DNA of 64,000 nt from Auanema rhodensis. Lineage: Eukaryota; Animalia; Nematoda. The notes under the pieces are model-generated. The model was given only the letters and a program-made list of their open reading frames with translations, was not told where the DNA came from and ran no database searches. Made by a program: the position numbers and the translations under genes. Shown one piece after another: positions 1-14,787 of the stretch; position 1 is the first letter of the stretch; the number at the start of each line of letters is the position of its first letter. The DNA lies in contig OZ059897.1 of assembly GCA_964057225.1 (NCBI GenBank), positions 13,516,001-13,580,000 on the forward strand, written 5' to 3'.

Positions 1-544
1 CATTGAATTGCAATATACACTTATGAAGGAGACAAAAATTGAGAGAACTGAAAAAATAGGAATTTCCCAATAATATAAAACGAAGTCAATAATCATGATC
101 AACATTACCAACTGTTAAATAGTGGTACTAGTTGTTTTCTAAAATGTCTAATGCAACTTGAGCCAGAAAGTGATGAGTAGAAGAAGGTGATCAAATGAAA
201 AAAAAGCTCTTTAAGAAAACGTAAGTGTGATATCAAAATAATATATAAAATATTTTCAGATTGTCATCTAATAACCACAATGTAGCCAGAGCACAAATAA
301 AAGTTCACATATTAGAGAGCAATAATCGTGAAAGATAGTTATGAGAGTGAACAGATCTACGGCACACGTAGAAAAGAAAAATTTATTTTCAGCTTTTAAT
401 TAGTACATAATAATTTTAGAAATGTATTTAACATTGCGAACAGAATTACAAGGCAAGAACATCCACAACCATCGAACGAACCAATGTGAAAAGTACAAAG
501 TGAGAATAAGACGTTATAAAAAATATGAAATGAGTATTGAAAAA

Positions 545-2157
545 TTATTCTGGTCTGCGAATAAGTACAGCCATAGCTTCGCCTCCTCCATTACAAAGAG
601 TTGCGATTCCAAGTTGACCAGGCTTAAGTGAGTAAGCAAGAGTGACTACAACGCGAAGTCCAGACATTCTATAAGAATATGATAAGATTTATAAAAAATA
701 TAATATCTAACCCAAGAGGATGTCCCAAAGCTACAGCTCCTCCTTTAACATTAACAAGATCTTGATTAATGTTTAAATCTTTAATCATATGAAGAACTGT
801 TACGGCAAATGCTTCATTTACTTCCCATAGAGCAATGTCATCAACAGACAGTTTGTTCTTTGCCAAAAGCTTGAACAAAGTAAATAAGAGGCAGGTTTGA
901 AAAAAGAAACTACCTTCTTAACGGCGTATGATGGAGCTGTTGTGAAATCGATGGACGGTACTCCAGCTTCGGCAAAATCTACAATCTCAGCTAGTGGCTT
1001 CTTACCTATAAAATGAAGCGTCTTCAATCATTTTTCAAAATCACAAAACCTGCTGGAAGTGCGGATTCAGAGGTTACAACAGCAGCTACAGCCCCATCAT
1101 TTAATGATGAAGCGTTAGCAGCTGTAATTGTACCTTCTTTATCAAAAACAGGTCTAAGAGTTGGAACCTATTAAAGAACCAGAAGTCAATAATTAAAATG
1201 CAGTAAATATTTAGAACCTTTGCCTCATTCAACTTCTTGTACTCTTCATCTTCAGAAATGTTAATAACACCACCACGTTGACTAATTGGAACTGTGATGA
1301 CCTCCTCGGAGAAGGCACCATTCTGAAAAAAAAAATTCAGCATCAAAAACTCAGTTCACAAACCTTCCATGCAGTAGTAGCTTTCTTATAACTGTTAACA
1401 GCAAATTCATCTTGTGATTGCCGACTAATTAAGCCTTCTTTGACAGTTTTCTCTGCGCAAAGACCCATAGGTGTTTTATGAATTACATCTTCAAGTCCGT
1501 CCTTTGCAATACCGTCCTAAGAAAATACATAGAGATAGAAGTGATTACTAGAGATTTACAATCATTTTCATTCCACCGTAAGGCATATCGCAACGAGGTA
1601 GATAGTATGGAACCTAAAGTTTCAAATATTGAAGAGATAAATTAATATAATTATACTTGAGACATATTTTCAGCTCCTGCTACCAGAACTTTACTTCTGT
1701 ATCCACTTTTAATAGACAAATACGCGAATGTCAAAGCTTTCAAGGAAGAAGAACACACTTTGTTGATTGTAACGGCTTGGGCATCAGGTGGAATTCCTAC
1801 AATATTTACATATAATTCATTCTATTTATGCGACTCCCACCAGCATTAGTGGCAATTTGTCTAGCTATATTCTGCCCACAATTAGCAGATAGAACATTTC
1901 CTACAAAAGTCTCCTCTATTTCACCAGCGGAAACACCTAATATTATCGATAAATAATGAATAACGTTAAAAAGGAATACCAGAACGACTTAGAGCTTCTT
2001 TGGCGGCTACGGTACCTAAGTACTCAGCTGAGACATTAGCAAAAGAACCTCGGAAGGAAGCAATAGGAGTTCTTACTCCACTTACAATATAAATTTTCTA
2101 AAAATGGAATAAAGGCTCCAAATGCAATTTTAAGAAACATACATCTGACGATGACAT
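545..2157 (-). CDS. Acetyl-CoA acetyltransferase (thiolase), second tandem paralog with no obvious mitochondrial presequence; C. elegans T02G5.7-like; about 11 exons
   Basis: Spliced translation MSSSD|[19 protein letters not shown]...[12 protein letters not shown] (active Cys)...EVNEAF...[11 protein letters not shown]|MSGLRVV...[24 protein letters not shown] acceptor at 2170-2176 just upstream of ATG 2157; TAA at 545-547. Confidence 0.93.
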
Positions 2158-2169
2158 CCTCAAATCAAA

Positions 2170-2218
2170 CTGAAAATAATCCTTATCGATTAATCTATGT
2201 GTAAGTTAGATAAAGATA
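2170..2218 (-). promoter_or_regulatory. Trans-splice acceptor plus Ur-like element of a downstream operon gene
   Basis: TTTTCAG 12 nt before the thiolase-2 ATG; TATCTT (UAYYUU consensus) about 45 nt upstream; kat-1 stop about 320 nt upstream. Confidence 0.55.
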
Positions 2219-2498
2219 CATGAAGGAATACAACCATTAAACAATCAACACGTCGGAAAATAAAAATCTATTGATCAACTATTAAATAAACAATCAGAAT
2301 TGAACATTAAAATGCACCTAAAGAAAGAAAATGGCTTTGCCATATTCTGTAACATTAAAAATTGAGCAAAACCTTTACAATAGGGCCAACACATTTCACA
2401 CAGAACTTGTTTGTATACATATAGGGAATGCGTAGGCAAATGTTTTAAGTCTGACTCGCTGACTTAATCTTTTTTTGCATCGAAGACAATATCACGAA

Positions 2499-4133
<1,635 letters not shown>

Positions 4134-4863
4134 TCTATAATAATAAAAATATAGATTGGCTGAATTTGAAAGTTCCGACGAAAATAATGGAACTAATGGG
4201 CTTTGATAACAGAGAGAAACTATCAATACGTCGTTGGTTTGAACAGAGCACGTGCGGTCAAAAAAGTAAAATACACGATACGAGAATTTACACAACTACC
4301 TAATTTATTTTGCGCAGAAACGTGTATGTGTGGATAGAATTTTATAAATCGTCTTTTTTTTACTTTGTTGCATTTTACACATCAATAACGATAAATTCAA
4401 CCTTGTAACCAGAGAACACTCACGATAAAAATATGTTGGATCATGAGAACCTCCTTAAAATCAATGCTTTGACAAAAACTCTTTATTACACAAAAATGGA
4501 GTTATGATATCATGTTAACAATTATGGCAACGTCCGTCAAGTCAAACGAGTGAATAAGAAGAAGTAACCGGTGAATACAATTAGCTTGAGAACGAAGGCA
4601 GGAATACAGAGAAGTTTAGCATAGGCAATATATTTACAAGATCTGATTGAACATCAAAATTAGATACCCAAAGAACGAAGACGAGAATGAAAATTGATGA
4701 AATGAACAGTAATTACAAAAATCAGTATAACTGAATACTTTATAACAAAAACCTTGAAGGATTATGAAGCTAGTTATGAACTCTACAGCCAACAATATAA
4801 AATAAAAGATAAGAAATTTTCAAGAGTTATGTGTCATCCAGGCAAAAGTCATGAATTGTTTTA

Positions 4864-6609
4864 TTACAAAGATGGTCGAATGTTTGTCTTCGGCACGAAT
4901 CCCAAACCTAACTTAGCTAGTGACATATTCTTACGAAGGGTAATGAGATCGAAGTAAGAATCACGCATTCCAGATTTAATTAAACCAAGATGAAGGTAAC
5001 GAAGAAAAGTGAAATAGTCACAAACAGCAGCTAACTGAAAATAGAAAAGCTTAAATATTGAAAGAGATAAGCTAGTTATTTGAATTTTTTTTCTAAAAAG
5101 TAATTGAATATGCAACTTTGCTCTTGGTTATTTTGCATTAACTATGAAGTATAGAGCGTATTGTACGCGCAACTTCATAAATATATAAATAATTTTCAAA
5201 TAACCAGTATTTATTAGAAAAAATACGTGTCGATTTCATGGTTCAAACATTGTTTTTAAAATATTAAAAACTTACTCGGTTTCGGGCAAGTAAAGATATT
5301 TGATGCCATTGAGACTGAGGAGATGTTCTAACACGATAAGGGCAGAACCTAGATACTTGAGTAAGCGCGCAAGTCCTGAAATTACTTTTTATTTTTTTTG
5401 CTTAAAATATAAATTCTTTACTTGACTGAAGGTTTTTCTTCATTAACTGGTTCAACTTCTAAATAATTAGATGCCATTGAATCTAGAACAGCATCAGAAA
5501 GCTGAATATTCATAGTATACTCATTATCAGAAAAGTTATGAATATTTTACTTGTTTATTCTGGAACTCCATACATGGTCCAACTTCTTCTAATTGAATTC
5601 TGTCTACAAACGGGTGGTTTGTCGCTGGATGTCCGGCATCTCTCCAAGAGCAGAACTCTCCAAATAAAATTGGATCAACCTATTGAGAATTAAATTCGTT
5701 ATTCCGATCATAACAAAAAAAAAACCTCTTCGACAGCATCAGCCTCTTTTTGTTCAGCATCTCTTTCTCTCTCCCTATTTTCTTGTAAAGATGACGGCAG
5801 AGAGTTCGATTTTTTGTTTGTTGTTGATGAAGTCGATGAAGAAGTTTTTTTAGCGGATGAAGCTGAAAATATTAAGTACTTCAATGGTTTATTATAAGAT
5901 TGTACATCAAAAATCATTAACAGATTTCGAAAAAATATCACAAGACTGCTTTAACTAACCGGAATTGGATGAAAATAGTTTAGCCAAAGCAGACTTGTGT
6001 TCAGGTGATGTATTTTGAAAGTGATTTCGCCCCATACCGGGAGTTTGAACGAGGACTTTCAGGGCTGAGACTTCAGCTGTTAAAACATCAATCTGAAGCG
6101 AGATGTTTACAATAATACTAAAATATAAAATAACTTGTAATCTTGACTCCGCTAAAAGTTTTTCTGCCTTTTCTCGTTTTTCTTCAGCTGCATTAACCAT
6201 CTTATAAGCTTCCTGCAATATGGCATGAGAAATATGAACTAAACCAAGTTTTATACCTGGAATAATTTCTCTGTCAATTCTTGAACTTCAGCATCTACAG
6301 TATCTTGGATACGACTCAATTTGCACATTTTTTCATCTTTTTCAGCAAGACATCTGCGGGCAGCACTAAAACAGAAAATCAACAAATACTTGAGTTATTA
6401 TGCTAAAATAAACTCACTCAAGCTCATCCCGCATTCTCTGGAGTTCTTCACATCTTGGAGAATAGGGCGGTGGAGCAGGATCAAGTCTAAAATCAAACTT
6501 TCATAATTTTGTACAGAAATTTAAATTCTTACGGGAAGGGCTTCATATCCTTGCCCTCACACATAATGGCTAATGACGCGATATTAATAGTTTCGGTCAT
6601 TTGAACATG
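4864..6609 (-). CDS. rabn-8: Rabin8/RAB3IP (Sec2-domain Rab8 GEF), core exons; likely extends 5' to 14540
   Basis: Sec2 coiled coil EVQELTEKLFQ|EAYKMVNAAEEKREKAEKLLAESRLQ|IDVLTAEVSALKVLV. RAB3IP-type C-terminus VDPILFGEF...CALTQVSRFCPYRV...ARNR|LAAVCDYFTFLRYLHLGL...LRKNMSLAKLG. In-frame ATG at 6600; the exon acceptor is at 6610 and the frame is open upstream of that ATG. Confidence 0.88.
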
Positions 6610-9600
6610 CTGAAAGAAAAAAATTACAAAAATTATTAATAGAGAAAATTAAGAAAATATAAAGAAGATTTTCAAAAAATGATCAATAATGCTTTGTGAA
6701 TAAACTAATTCTATTTCCAATACAACTAAGGTCAAGCAAAGAGCGAAAAAACGGGAAATCGTTTAATGCTTTAAGAGATTCATTATGATGTTCATGACGA
6801 AAATGCTGTAACCTTACAACCTTGCTGAACGCTGATATTGAAAAACGATAAGAATTTTAAAAAGATTTTTGCTCCTGTTAAAGGTATAGCTCAGTAGTTG
6901 AAATACAATGATATGATCATTTTCTCGAAATGAAAACAAATGTTGAATATACTCAATCAGTCTATGCATAAGAAATGAAGAAGAAGGTGACAAAAAAACA
7001 AAATAAGGAAGTTTTGATCATCTATCTTAAGTAAAATAAGTTTTCAAAATATTTTGAAAAATATGATCTAAACTGCATGAAAATCAAATGCACTTTTAGT
7101 ATTTCTAGAAAGGTTTTTCTTTGACATTTTTGGACCTTTTTAGTCATTCGGTAGAGTAAAGCTAAGAATGAAGGCGTTGAAGGTTCAACAAATTTGAAGA
7201 CGATAGAATTGAAAGAGATTCTTAGATGTTGTTGTTGTTTTGACAACATGAAGACGAACACGATGAAGAAATAGGGAAAACAGAGGAAAAAAGAAAAGTT
7301 AAGAGAAAATGCTAGCAAAAACGAAATAAGACGGAGAAGGATTGGGGGTGAATACAAATAATGAACAAAACAATCTATTTTCTGAACCTTATGCTCTTTC
7401 CTGGTCAAATGCACGACATTTAGTTAGAATCTACTTCATATGGCCGTTGCGGATCATTTACAGCCTCTCCTGGCAGCATCTGGAGATTGGTAGAGCTAGC
7501 TAGTTGATGATTCCTTTGTCGTCTCGATTTTCAAAGACACAGATAGGATTCGCATGAGACATACAAAACGAATGACTGTGAAAGCAAACTGATTTTCACT
7601 GAGCAGGCAAAAAAACGTAAAAAAGCCCTGACTAGAGTTTACAAAAAGTGTTCTAGAATTGTAAAATAAAGAGAAATGAAGGACAAAAACCAATATAAAA
7701 TGCGGTTGACGGATTCACAAAAACGAGGCATGCATGAACTCATGAACGGAAAAGGGTTTTAAAATACGGAAAAACACAATAAATTGAAAAATCCAAACAC
7801 CACAAAACTATGAACATTGAGATGTTTTTTTATGAACATCAAAAAAACTCTAAATGGATTTTTCCTAATTTTCGAGAGACAGAATCTTCGTAGTGATTAA
7901 GGCGAAGTGTATGAGCAAGAAGGGCAAACGAAGAACATTTTGAAATCTAAAAGTACTACAAAGAAAAATAAATGAAAACCATGAAAGACATGAAAGATAG
8001 CAAAGATACAGACAAGGAGAGGTCATAAGTCACTCTTGAATGGGCAAAAGTCATATTTCCTATATAGGAACACTTCAGGTTTCCCCCAGAGGAAATCTGG
8101 CAAAACTGGGAATATAGGAGTTATTTTACTTTGATACAAATCAACTAAAATTTATGAGAGTATGCAAAATTAAAATATTGAGAACACGGGAAAGAGAAAA
8201 TAATAAAAAAATTTTAAAGCACTATTAAACATCAGACATTTTTAAAGTTTGACTACAGAATCGGAATATGATGTTGGCATCTGGAACCGGAAGCAGATTC
8301 GATTACGACTTCTGACAAGTTAATGAAAAAGAGATGAGAGACCAGCTGGGTTCTGTTACTGCAAGAAACAGTAAAGGGAATATAAGCATTTACAGCTGGT
8401 TCAAACAAGGCAAGAAAGCTCGGCAGAAAGAAGTAGAATAATACGAGAAGCAGAAGCTCCCGGGGACGAGAATCAATAGAATGGAAAGAGGCCTAGAGGG
8501 GGTTAGCTCCTCCTACTCGTCTTCTTCTGGATTGTTGGTGAAGCGAGGATGGAGATGACGGCAGAAGCAAAGGCAATTGCCATTTTCGGTTCGAGGAAGC
8601 TGCCTTCAGGCACTACGAACTCACTAATTAGATTTATGCAAAAGTTCTTAGACACAGACATGGCAATATATCTGAAAATGTAACTTTCACAATGACATCA
8701 TCATTGTAACAGTAGCTAGGATTGAAAAAAAAACATAAATGATAGCAAAATGAGCCTATTCAGTCAGTTGTGCCATCGAATTCTAATTTAGCTGCAGATG
8801 GTTGTGCCAACTAACTAACTAAGAAAGACAATATAAAATTCAGAAGATTAGATATATAGAGAAAGAGAAAGATCTGAAGTGGTACAAAGGGGACAAGTGA
8901 AAGAGAGAGTGTATATGGGTGAAATGAAGCAAGATAGGGAAACAATTACTTACCAGAGTGATGAGAGTGTGAGAGAAAGAGAGTTAAATTGAAAATAGAA
9001 CTAGATAGATACAACATGAATAAAGAGAATAGTTAAAGCTTAATCAAATGAAGGCAGTTGATGGGGTTACTTAGACGGATATAGATAGTGGAACAGAATA
9101 TGACGAGTTGTGATGTTCTATAACATACAAGTGAATACTATTCGACATAAAACAGATTTCAAATGGCAGATGGATTGACGTTATGTCCAAAATTCTAATC
9201 AGAATGAAGTCAAACTGAGTGACATAAATTGAATGGCATCAATATATTATTTTATTATATGAGAATAAAGAAAAATTAGCCAAAATAAACTAGAAAATCA
9301 AAGAAATATATCATATTTCTAGAGTAGGTACAATGCATGTCCTAAAATCGTGAGAAGAAACTGAAAAAAAAACAAATAGAAAGGAGGAATTTTAAAAACT
9401 GAGAGACAAACTTATTTAGTATTTAATAAAATGAATGAATGAGTCCCCCAAAGAAAAATTTTGAACGAACAATTATCCTCTATTCGTATAGTTCATGATG
9501 AATTAAACTTGTACAATTCAATAAAAAGTTATGAATATAAATGGAATAAACTTAACAAGTTGAAAGAGAAAAAAATCTTCAATTATATAAGATATTATGA

Positions 9601-12600
9601 AAATAGGAAGAAAAGTTTACAAAATACATATCAATCAAAATCAAGATGATGTAGGGAGATGGGCTTGCTATATCCGGTCAGCCAATTGCTGTTCCATTGT
9701 CTTTTCTCAACATTGGCTTTCAGTTCACACGACTCTTGTCCTCTTCGTATCTCTCTCTCCCTCCCCTCTCTCTCTATATATATATATCTATCTCTCTATG
9801 TATCTATCTCTCTGTGTATCTCTCTTTCTCAATTTCCATCTTTCAATCTCTATTAACTTTCTAATCTTGTTCTAAAGGATGCATTGCTAATGCAAAGTTC
9901 ACATATTTTGGACAAGTAACAAAGAGTTGCCACATGTTTGAAGTAGAGTTAGCGAGTTGGAGAATGGGGTTGGTAGAATACGGTGTGAAAAGTAAATTAA
10001 AATACCCTTTAGAGTCAAAAACCAAGTTTAACACAAAAATGACCTCGTAGTAAAGGTTTTCCATAGGATCACAAAGACGAAGATGGAACAGGATAGAAAT
10101 AGAAGTACTAAATGGCGATCAGTTCATTCATTTCAAATAAGGATAGGAATACATAATAGAAAACATTACAATTGTATAGAAAAAACATTTCTTTAACCAA
10201 CGCTATGTGAAATAGGTAGGGTAAGAATCATATTATCTTCTGGAAACTTCAATTTTTAAAAGAAAAAAAGAAAAAAAGGAACAACAAATCAATAACAGAA
10301 ACAGAAGAATCAAATAGCAAAAATAAAATTAGTACTTTGGGGTGAGCTTAAATTATGAACTAGAGAGCAAACTATGAGGTCAACTGTAACCTGCAACACC
10401 AAACTCAAACTACATTAAACGAATTTCAAGTATCATTAGATAATTAGAAATGGCAATCGATTTGATATGTCTATAAACAGGTTCTTAGAAGCAAATCCAA
10501 TTTTTTGTCTATTTGTTAATAGAGCAAGACGAAAAGTTTTTTTAGAAAGTAGGTAAATGATCAAACATGATCAGTTATAACAAAATGATAAGAAATAACA
10601 ATATGTAATAAGATTTGATTTTCAATTTAAAAAAACAAAATACATTTATCGGAATTTGATTAAAGAAAAGAATGCATATTCATAAATATAGAAGTTTATA
10701 TATTTTTTCTATTTTCATGAACGAAACAGGAGGCATGACTGTTTAGTAGTTTAAGCTTTTTTTTAATTTATGAAAATCTCATGTATTAATAGGAACAAAA
10801 TCACATAGAGGTCAGTTGATGAATACATTAAAGCATTCAAAGAATAGAGGAAAACAATTGAATTTTAAATTGTAATTTTTCAAAACTGAGTAATACGACA
10901 ATAGAGTAAAGCGAATAGAGTAAATTGCAAAAGAAGCTTAGGCAAGAATTTAGGAGAAACAAAATAATTCTTTGAAACTAATTGACTAAAGGTTGCTTAT
11001 GAGAAAGATCATGTGGTATTAAATGATTTAAAAAAAACATTTGACATTGATAAATATCATTGGAAAAACGTATAAGAAAGAAATGAAGCAACAGCTGATA
11101 TGACGTCAGTTGGGTGAGAAATCTTCCTCATAATTCACGGCACGAGCTTAGTTCAAAGTTTTTCGGCAATAGAAACACCACCTTGAACTTTCCCAGTAGT
11201 GAATTTCATTGTTTATAAGAACAACAACAGAAAAAAATTGAAAAGCACTGATGTCACCTAAAGCTTAAGGGAATATTTCATTAATGTTCATGAAAGTTCA
11301 AATTGAACTCATATATAATTTAAATGTTGTTTTCTTTGGAATTAATCTTTAAGCGATCTATAATCAAATATGATGATATAGAGATGTTTTTAAATCTAGA
11401 ACTTTATACTTTAACAATCAACTTTTTTAAATTTCATCTTTCAAAGTTCTATCACATGCTTCGTTTCTCATGAAGGACGTTAAATATATTTGTGGAACGA
11501 TGATTGTGACGAGGCCGATGGATTTCTTTCTTAATCATTAAGTTGAAAGCAAGTGAAACAGTTGTTCTTTATAGAACATAATAATGTATATCATATAAAT
11601 ATATGATAAGTCAAAAAAGAATGACAACAGGCAATTATCAGGCTATCTATAATATACTTGTTCATGTAATTTGGTTACTGATAAAAGTCGTTAGTTGTCT
11701 ATGTGTACTAAACTGATAATATTCGTCATTCATATACACATATACATATGTATATGAATGAATAGATGATATTACTATATGTATGTATAGTACATATAGA
11801 CACAGATTGTACATGTATTTATATGAAAATGATAATCATGAGACAAACTTTTAAAAAGACTAAACGAGGAGATAGTTTAAACAAATATTATTTTAAGAAA
11901 ACAAAAATTATGAAATATGAAAATATTGTTGAAAACATATGAATGTATATCAACGTCAGATTAGCATATTGTATGAGATTTTCAGTGACGTGACGCAAAT
12001 GCCGATTTCAAGTAAGAACATGATTCAAATGTTATTGGCATACGCCCGTTTGCATTCCATTAAATTTGAGAAAAAAACAGTTTTTAACAAAATATCTAAA
12101 ACTTAGAAGAAAAGAACAGTATCTCCTTACTAGATATGACAATAACTAGTACGCATATCCAGAATACATGGTGTACTATTGCAAAAACAGAAGTTTATGA
12201 AAGAAAATGAAAAAAAAAGATGTACATTCCGTAGACGAGATGTATGATGATAAGAAATTTAAATGGGAAAAAAAGACCGTTAGATAAAGTTTAAAATAAT
12301 ATAGACTTTGTATTGATATATGACAAGTATGTAGAACAACAAGAAAAGGCTAAAACTCTTATAGCAACGTCTTTAGCTAGACGGTGATGAGTTGAAGGCG
12401 AAGAACGACGACATCGAGGACGATGATGATGAAGAAGAAAGCAGGACAGAAAGACACGGAGACGATAAACCGGAATCGCAGTCTTAACCAACATAGCACA
12501 ACTAACATCAAACGCTTCTCGTTGTCAGACCACCTTACAGGCCTTCGGGGCTGATACGCAAGTCAAGAGAGAAGAAGGAGAACGAGGGACAAGTACCACG

Positions 12601-14464
12601 GATTGCGTAATATCTCTCATTGTTTCGCCTGCATTATGTAGCATGATTTTCTTTTCCGTCTTTTATGTATGGTCTTTCTTTCAGTGTTTTTTATTTTTTT
12701 TAAAACTGATAAAACTCGAATATGTAGCGAAAAAAGAACATACAAAGAAGGAACATACAATATGGATGTAGTATATATATATATATATATATATATCATA
12801 TTATATGAACACTACAAAATAATACTTACCACCGGTTCTTAACAAATGAAAAAAAACAACAAAGAAACAAAAGAAGTTTTGCAAAACACTTATATTACGA
12901 CCTTAAAATAAATAATTTTTTATATCTGATGACATTATAAATATATATGAGAAAAATTTTTGTTCAAAAAATAGACTTCAAATAGGTCAGGAGGACGATG
13001 CACATTCAATTATATACATCCTTTAAGTCGTCGGGGATGAGAGGCATTCATGAACTTTATAGACTGAACATGTAGTCTTATGGCCAAATGAACATTCAAA
13101 AAAATTTAGATTTTTTTCTCATCTCTATTCTCCAAATAAATTCAGTTCTTATAATATTTTTTTATAATTATTTTGCTTTCCCTATTTGATCAGGCAGTTC
13201 CATCATATCTGCCACTTGAACTAGGTAAACGACAAAAATCGAAGAACATCCGTTCTTAGTTAAAATCAATTATTTGTCAAATTAACATTTAATTTTTAAA
13301 TTGAAATTTAAAAATACAAGTCTGTATCAGAAAAAGATGAGGAAAAAGTGTTTTTTTTATTTATGTACTTAATTGAAAAAATCGAAACTTTTTAGTGAGA
13401 TATGAAATGATTCAACATTAAAGTTTTTCTAACTTTTTTTTAAAAACTAAGGTGGACAAGAGCTTCTTGAAAGATGTGAAAAGAAAAGAACGAGTATCTG
13501 TTTATATAAAATGAACATTGATAAATTTTCACCAATTGCAAAACTTTCAGGTCTTCCACACCCTAATAACACTTTTTTGTAATTCAACTCACATAATTGA
13601 AAAATTCACTCATGTTTAATAAGTATTTTTAGTAAAACAGAAAGATTAAATCTAATTATTTATAAAACTGTAGTACAATTTCATAAAGACACCGATGTGT
13701 GCCTTCTAAACTCGGATTATCCGTCCACCTACATATTTGACACCAATAATCGTAGAAACTTGAATTTGGTAAAATAAATTACATTAGTTTACACAAAAAA
13801 ATGAGCAAAATTGTACCTGATAGATACCGTAACTAATAATTTTACCATGTTTAACTGAAGCCATTTAGATTTAAAAGAAATAAAAAGATTTTGAGGACAT
13901 TGAGATTGGAAGGAAGTGAAATAGTATTTAAAAACTATATATTTAACTATATATGTTTATATAAACGTCATATGACACATAAACGATTGTATATGTAACA
14001 AACTACTCTCTAAATTAGCTACAATTGAGATTGAAAAATGAAATAAGGCACTTCTTATTCGATGATTCTCAATATAAAAAGACACAAAAAAACCTTTTTG
14101 AAAAAATGTATGAAAACGAGATTTGATAAAAAGAAAGAGAATGGTCGAAAGGATCGCAAAACATTCTTATATTGGACACAAAAATACTAAACATTACTAT
14201 ACAAATCGAACTGGTGAAAAGCAAATATCTCTTAAAATTATAAACAATTTGAACTATTAATCAGGGTAATCTTAAAAAAATAATAATGGATCATACAGAC
14301 TAGCAAACCATAACAATAAGAATTAGAAAAATAATAAAGAAATCAACTATTTAAACTTAGGAAGATAATAACATAAAATCGAACAAACCTGGTTTATCGT
14401 CTGCGTTAAAAAGTGAAAACCCAAATTTTCTAGCGAGCTTCTCATTTCATTTCGGAATTTACAC

Positions 14465-14540
14465 CAAGACCGGTTAGGACACGGAAAAACGGATGACAAA
14501 ATCTGGAGAAGACGGAAGGCTCAGAAACCGGGCACTTCAT
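14465..14540 (-). CDS. Putative first coding exon of the Rabin8 gene (MKCPVSEPSVFSRFCHPFFRVLTGL)
   Basis: TTTTCAG (14541-14547) abuts the ATG; GC-rich open frame; GT donors at 14464 and 14462; can be spliced in frame to the 6609 exon. Confidence 0.6.
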
Positions 14541-14787
14541 CTGAAAAAATCAACGTACGTTGTTCAGAATTGTGACAAATAATCATAGAAAACCCTCTAG
14601 CGTTTTGTTTGTATTCTATTGGACAGTTTTCAAATTGATTTGATTAGCATGCATTTTTAGCTAACACCGAAACTCAGAAGGTTTATCTCACAGATAACAA
14701 TCATTGATAAATTAAAATTCATTACTTTATAGGTTTGAGCAATGGGCTCATTATTTTCGAAAATAATGTTGATACTAACCAATTCTC

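Noticed and set aside
1-340. Exon-like pieces on both strands at the window edge (gtaagt at 221, ttttcag at ~259)
   Set aside because: No recognisable product, strand ambiguous and the context is truncated.
6785-6835. C/D snoRNA-like ATGATGT...CTGA
   Set aside because: Imperfect C box, short, antisense to the host intron, no terminal stem.
6880-6935. GGTATAGCTCAGTAGTTG resembling a tRNA D-arm/A-box
   Set aside because: No T-arm (GTTCRA), anticodon stem or acceptor stem.
7022-7693. Minus-strand ORFs of 130 and 65 aa in the Rabin8 intron
   Set aside because: Phe/Leu-rich translations of low-complexity DNA; the donor near 7388 has stops in the needed frame, so at most a UTR exon.
7629-8280. 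Partial matches to miR-44 family (TGACTAGAG), miR-71 (TGAAAGACATG) and miR-72 (ATGTTGGCAT)
   Set aside because: Only 9-11 nt matches with no precursor hairpin.
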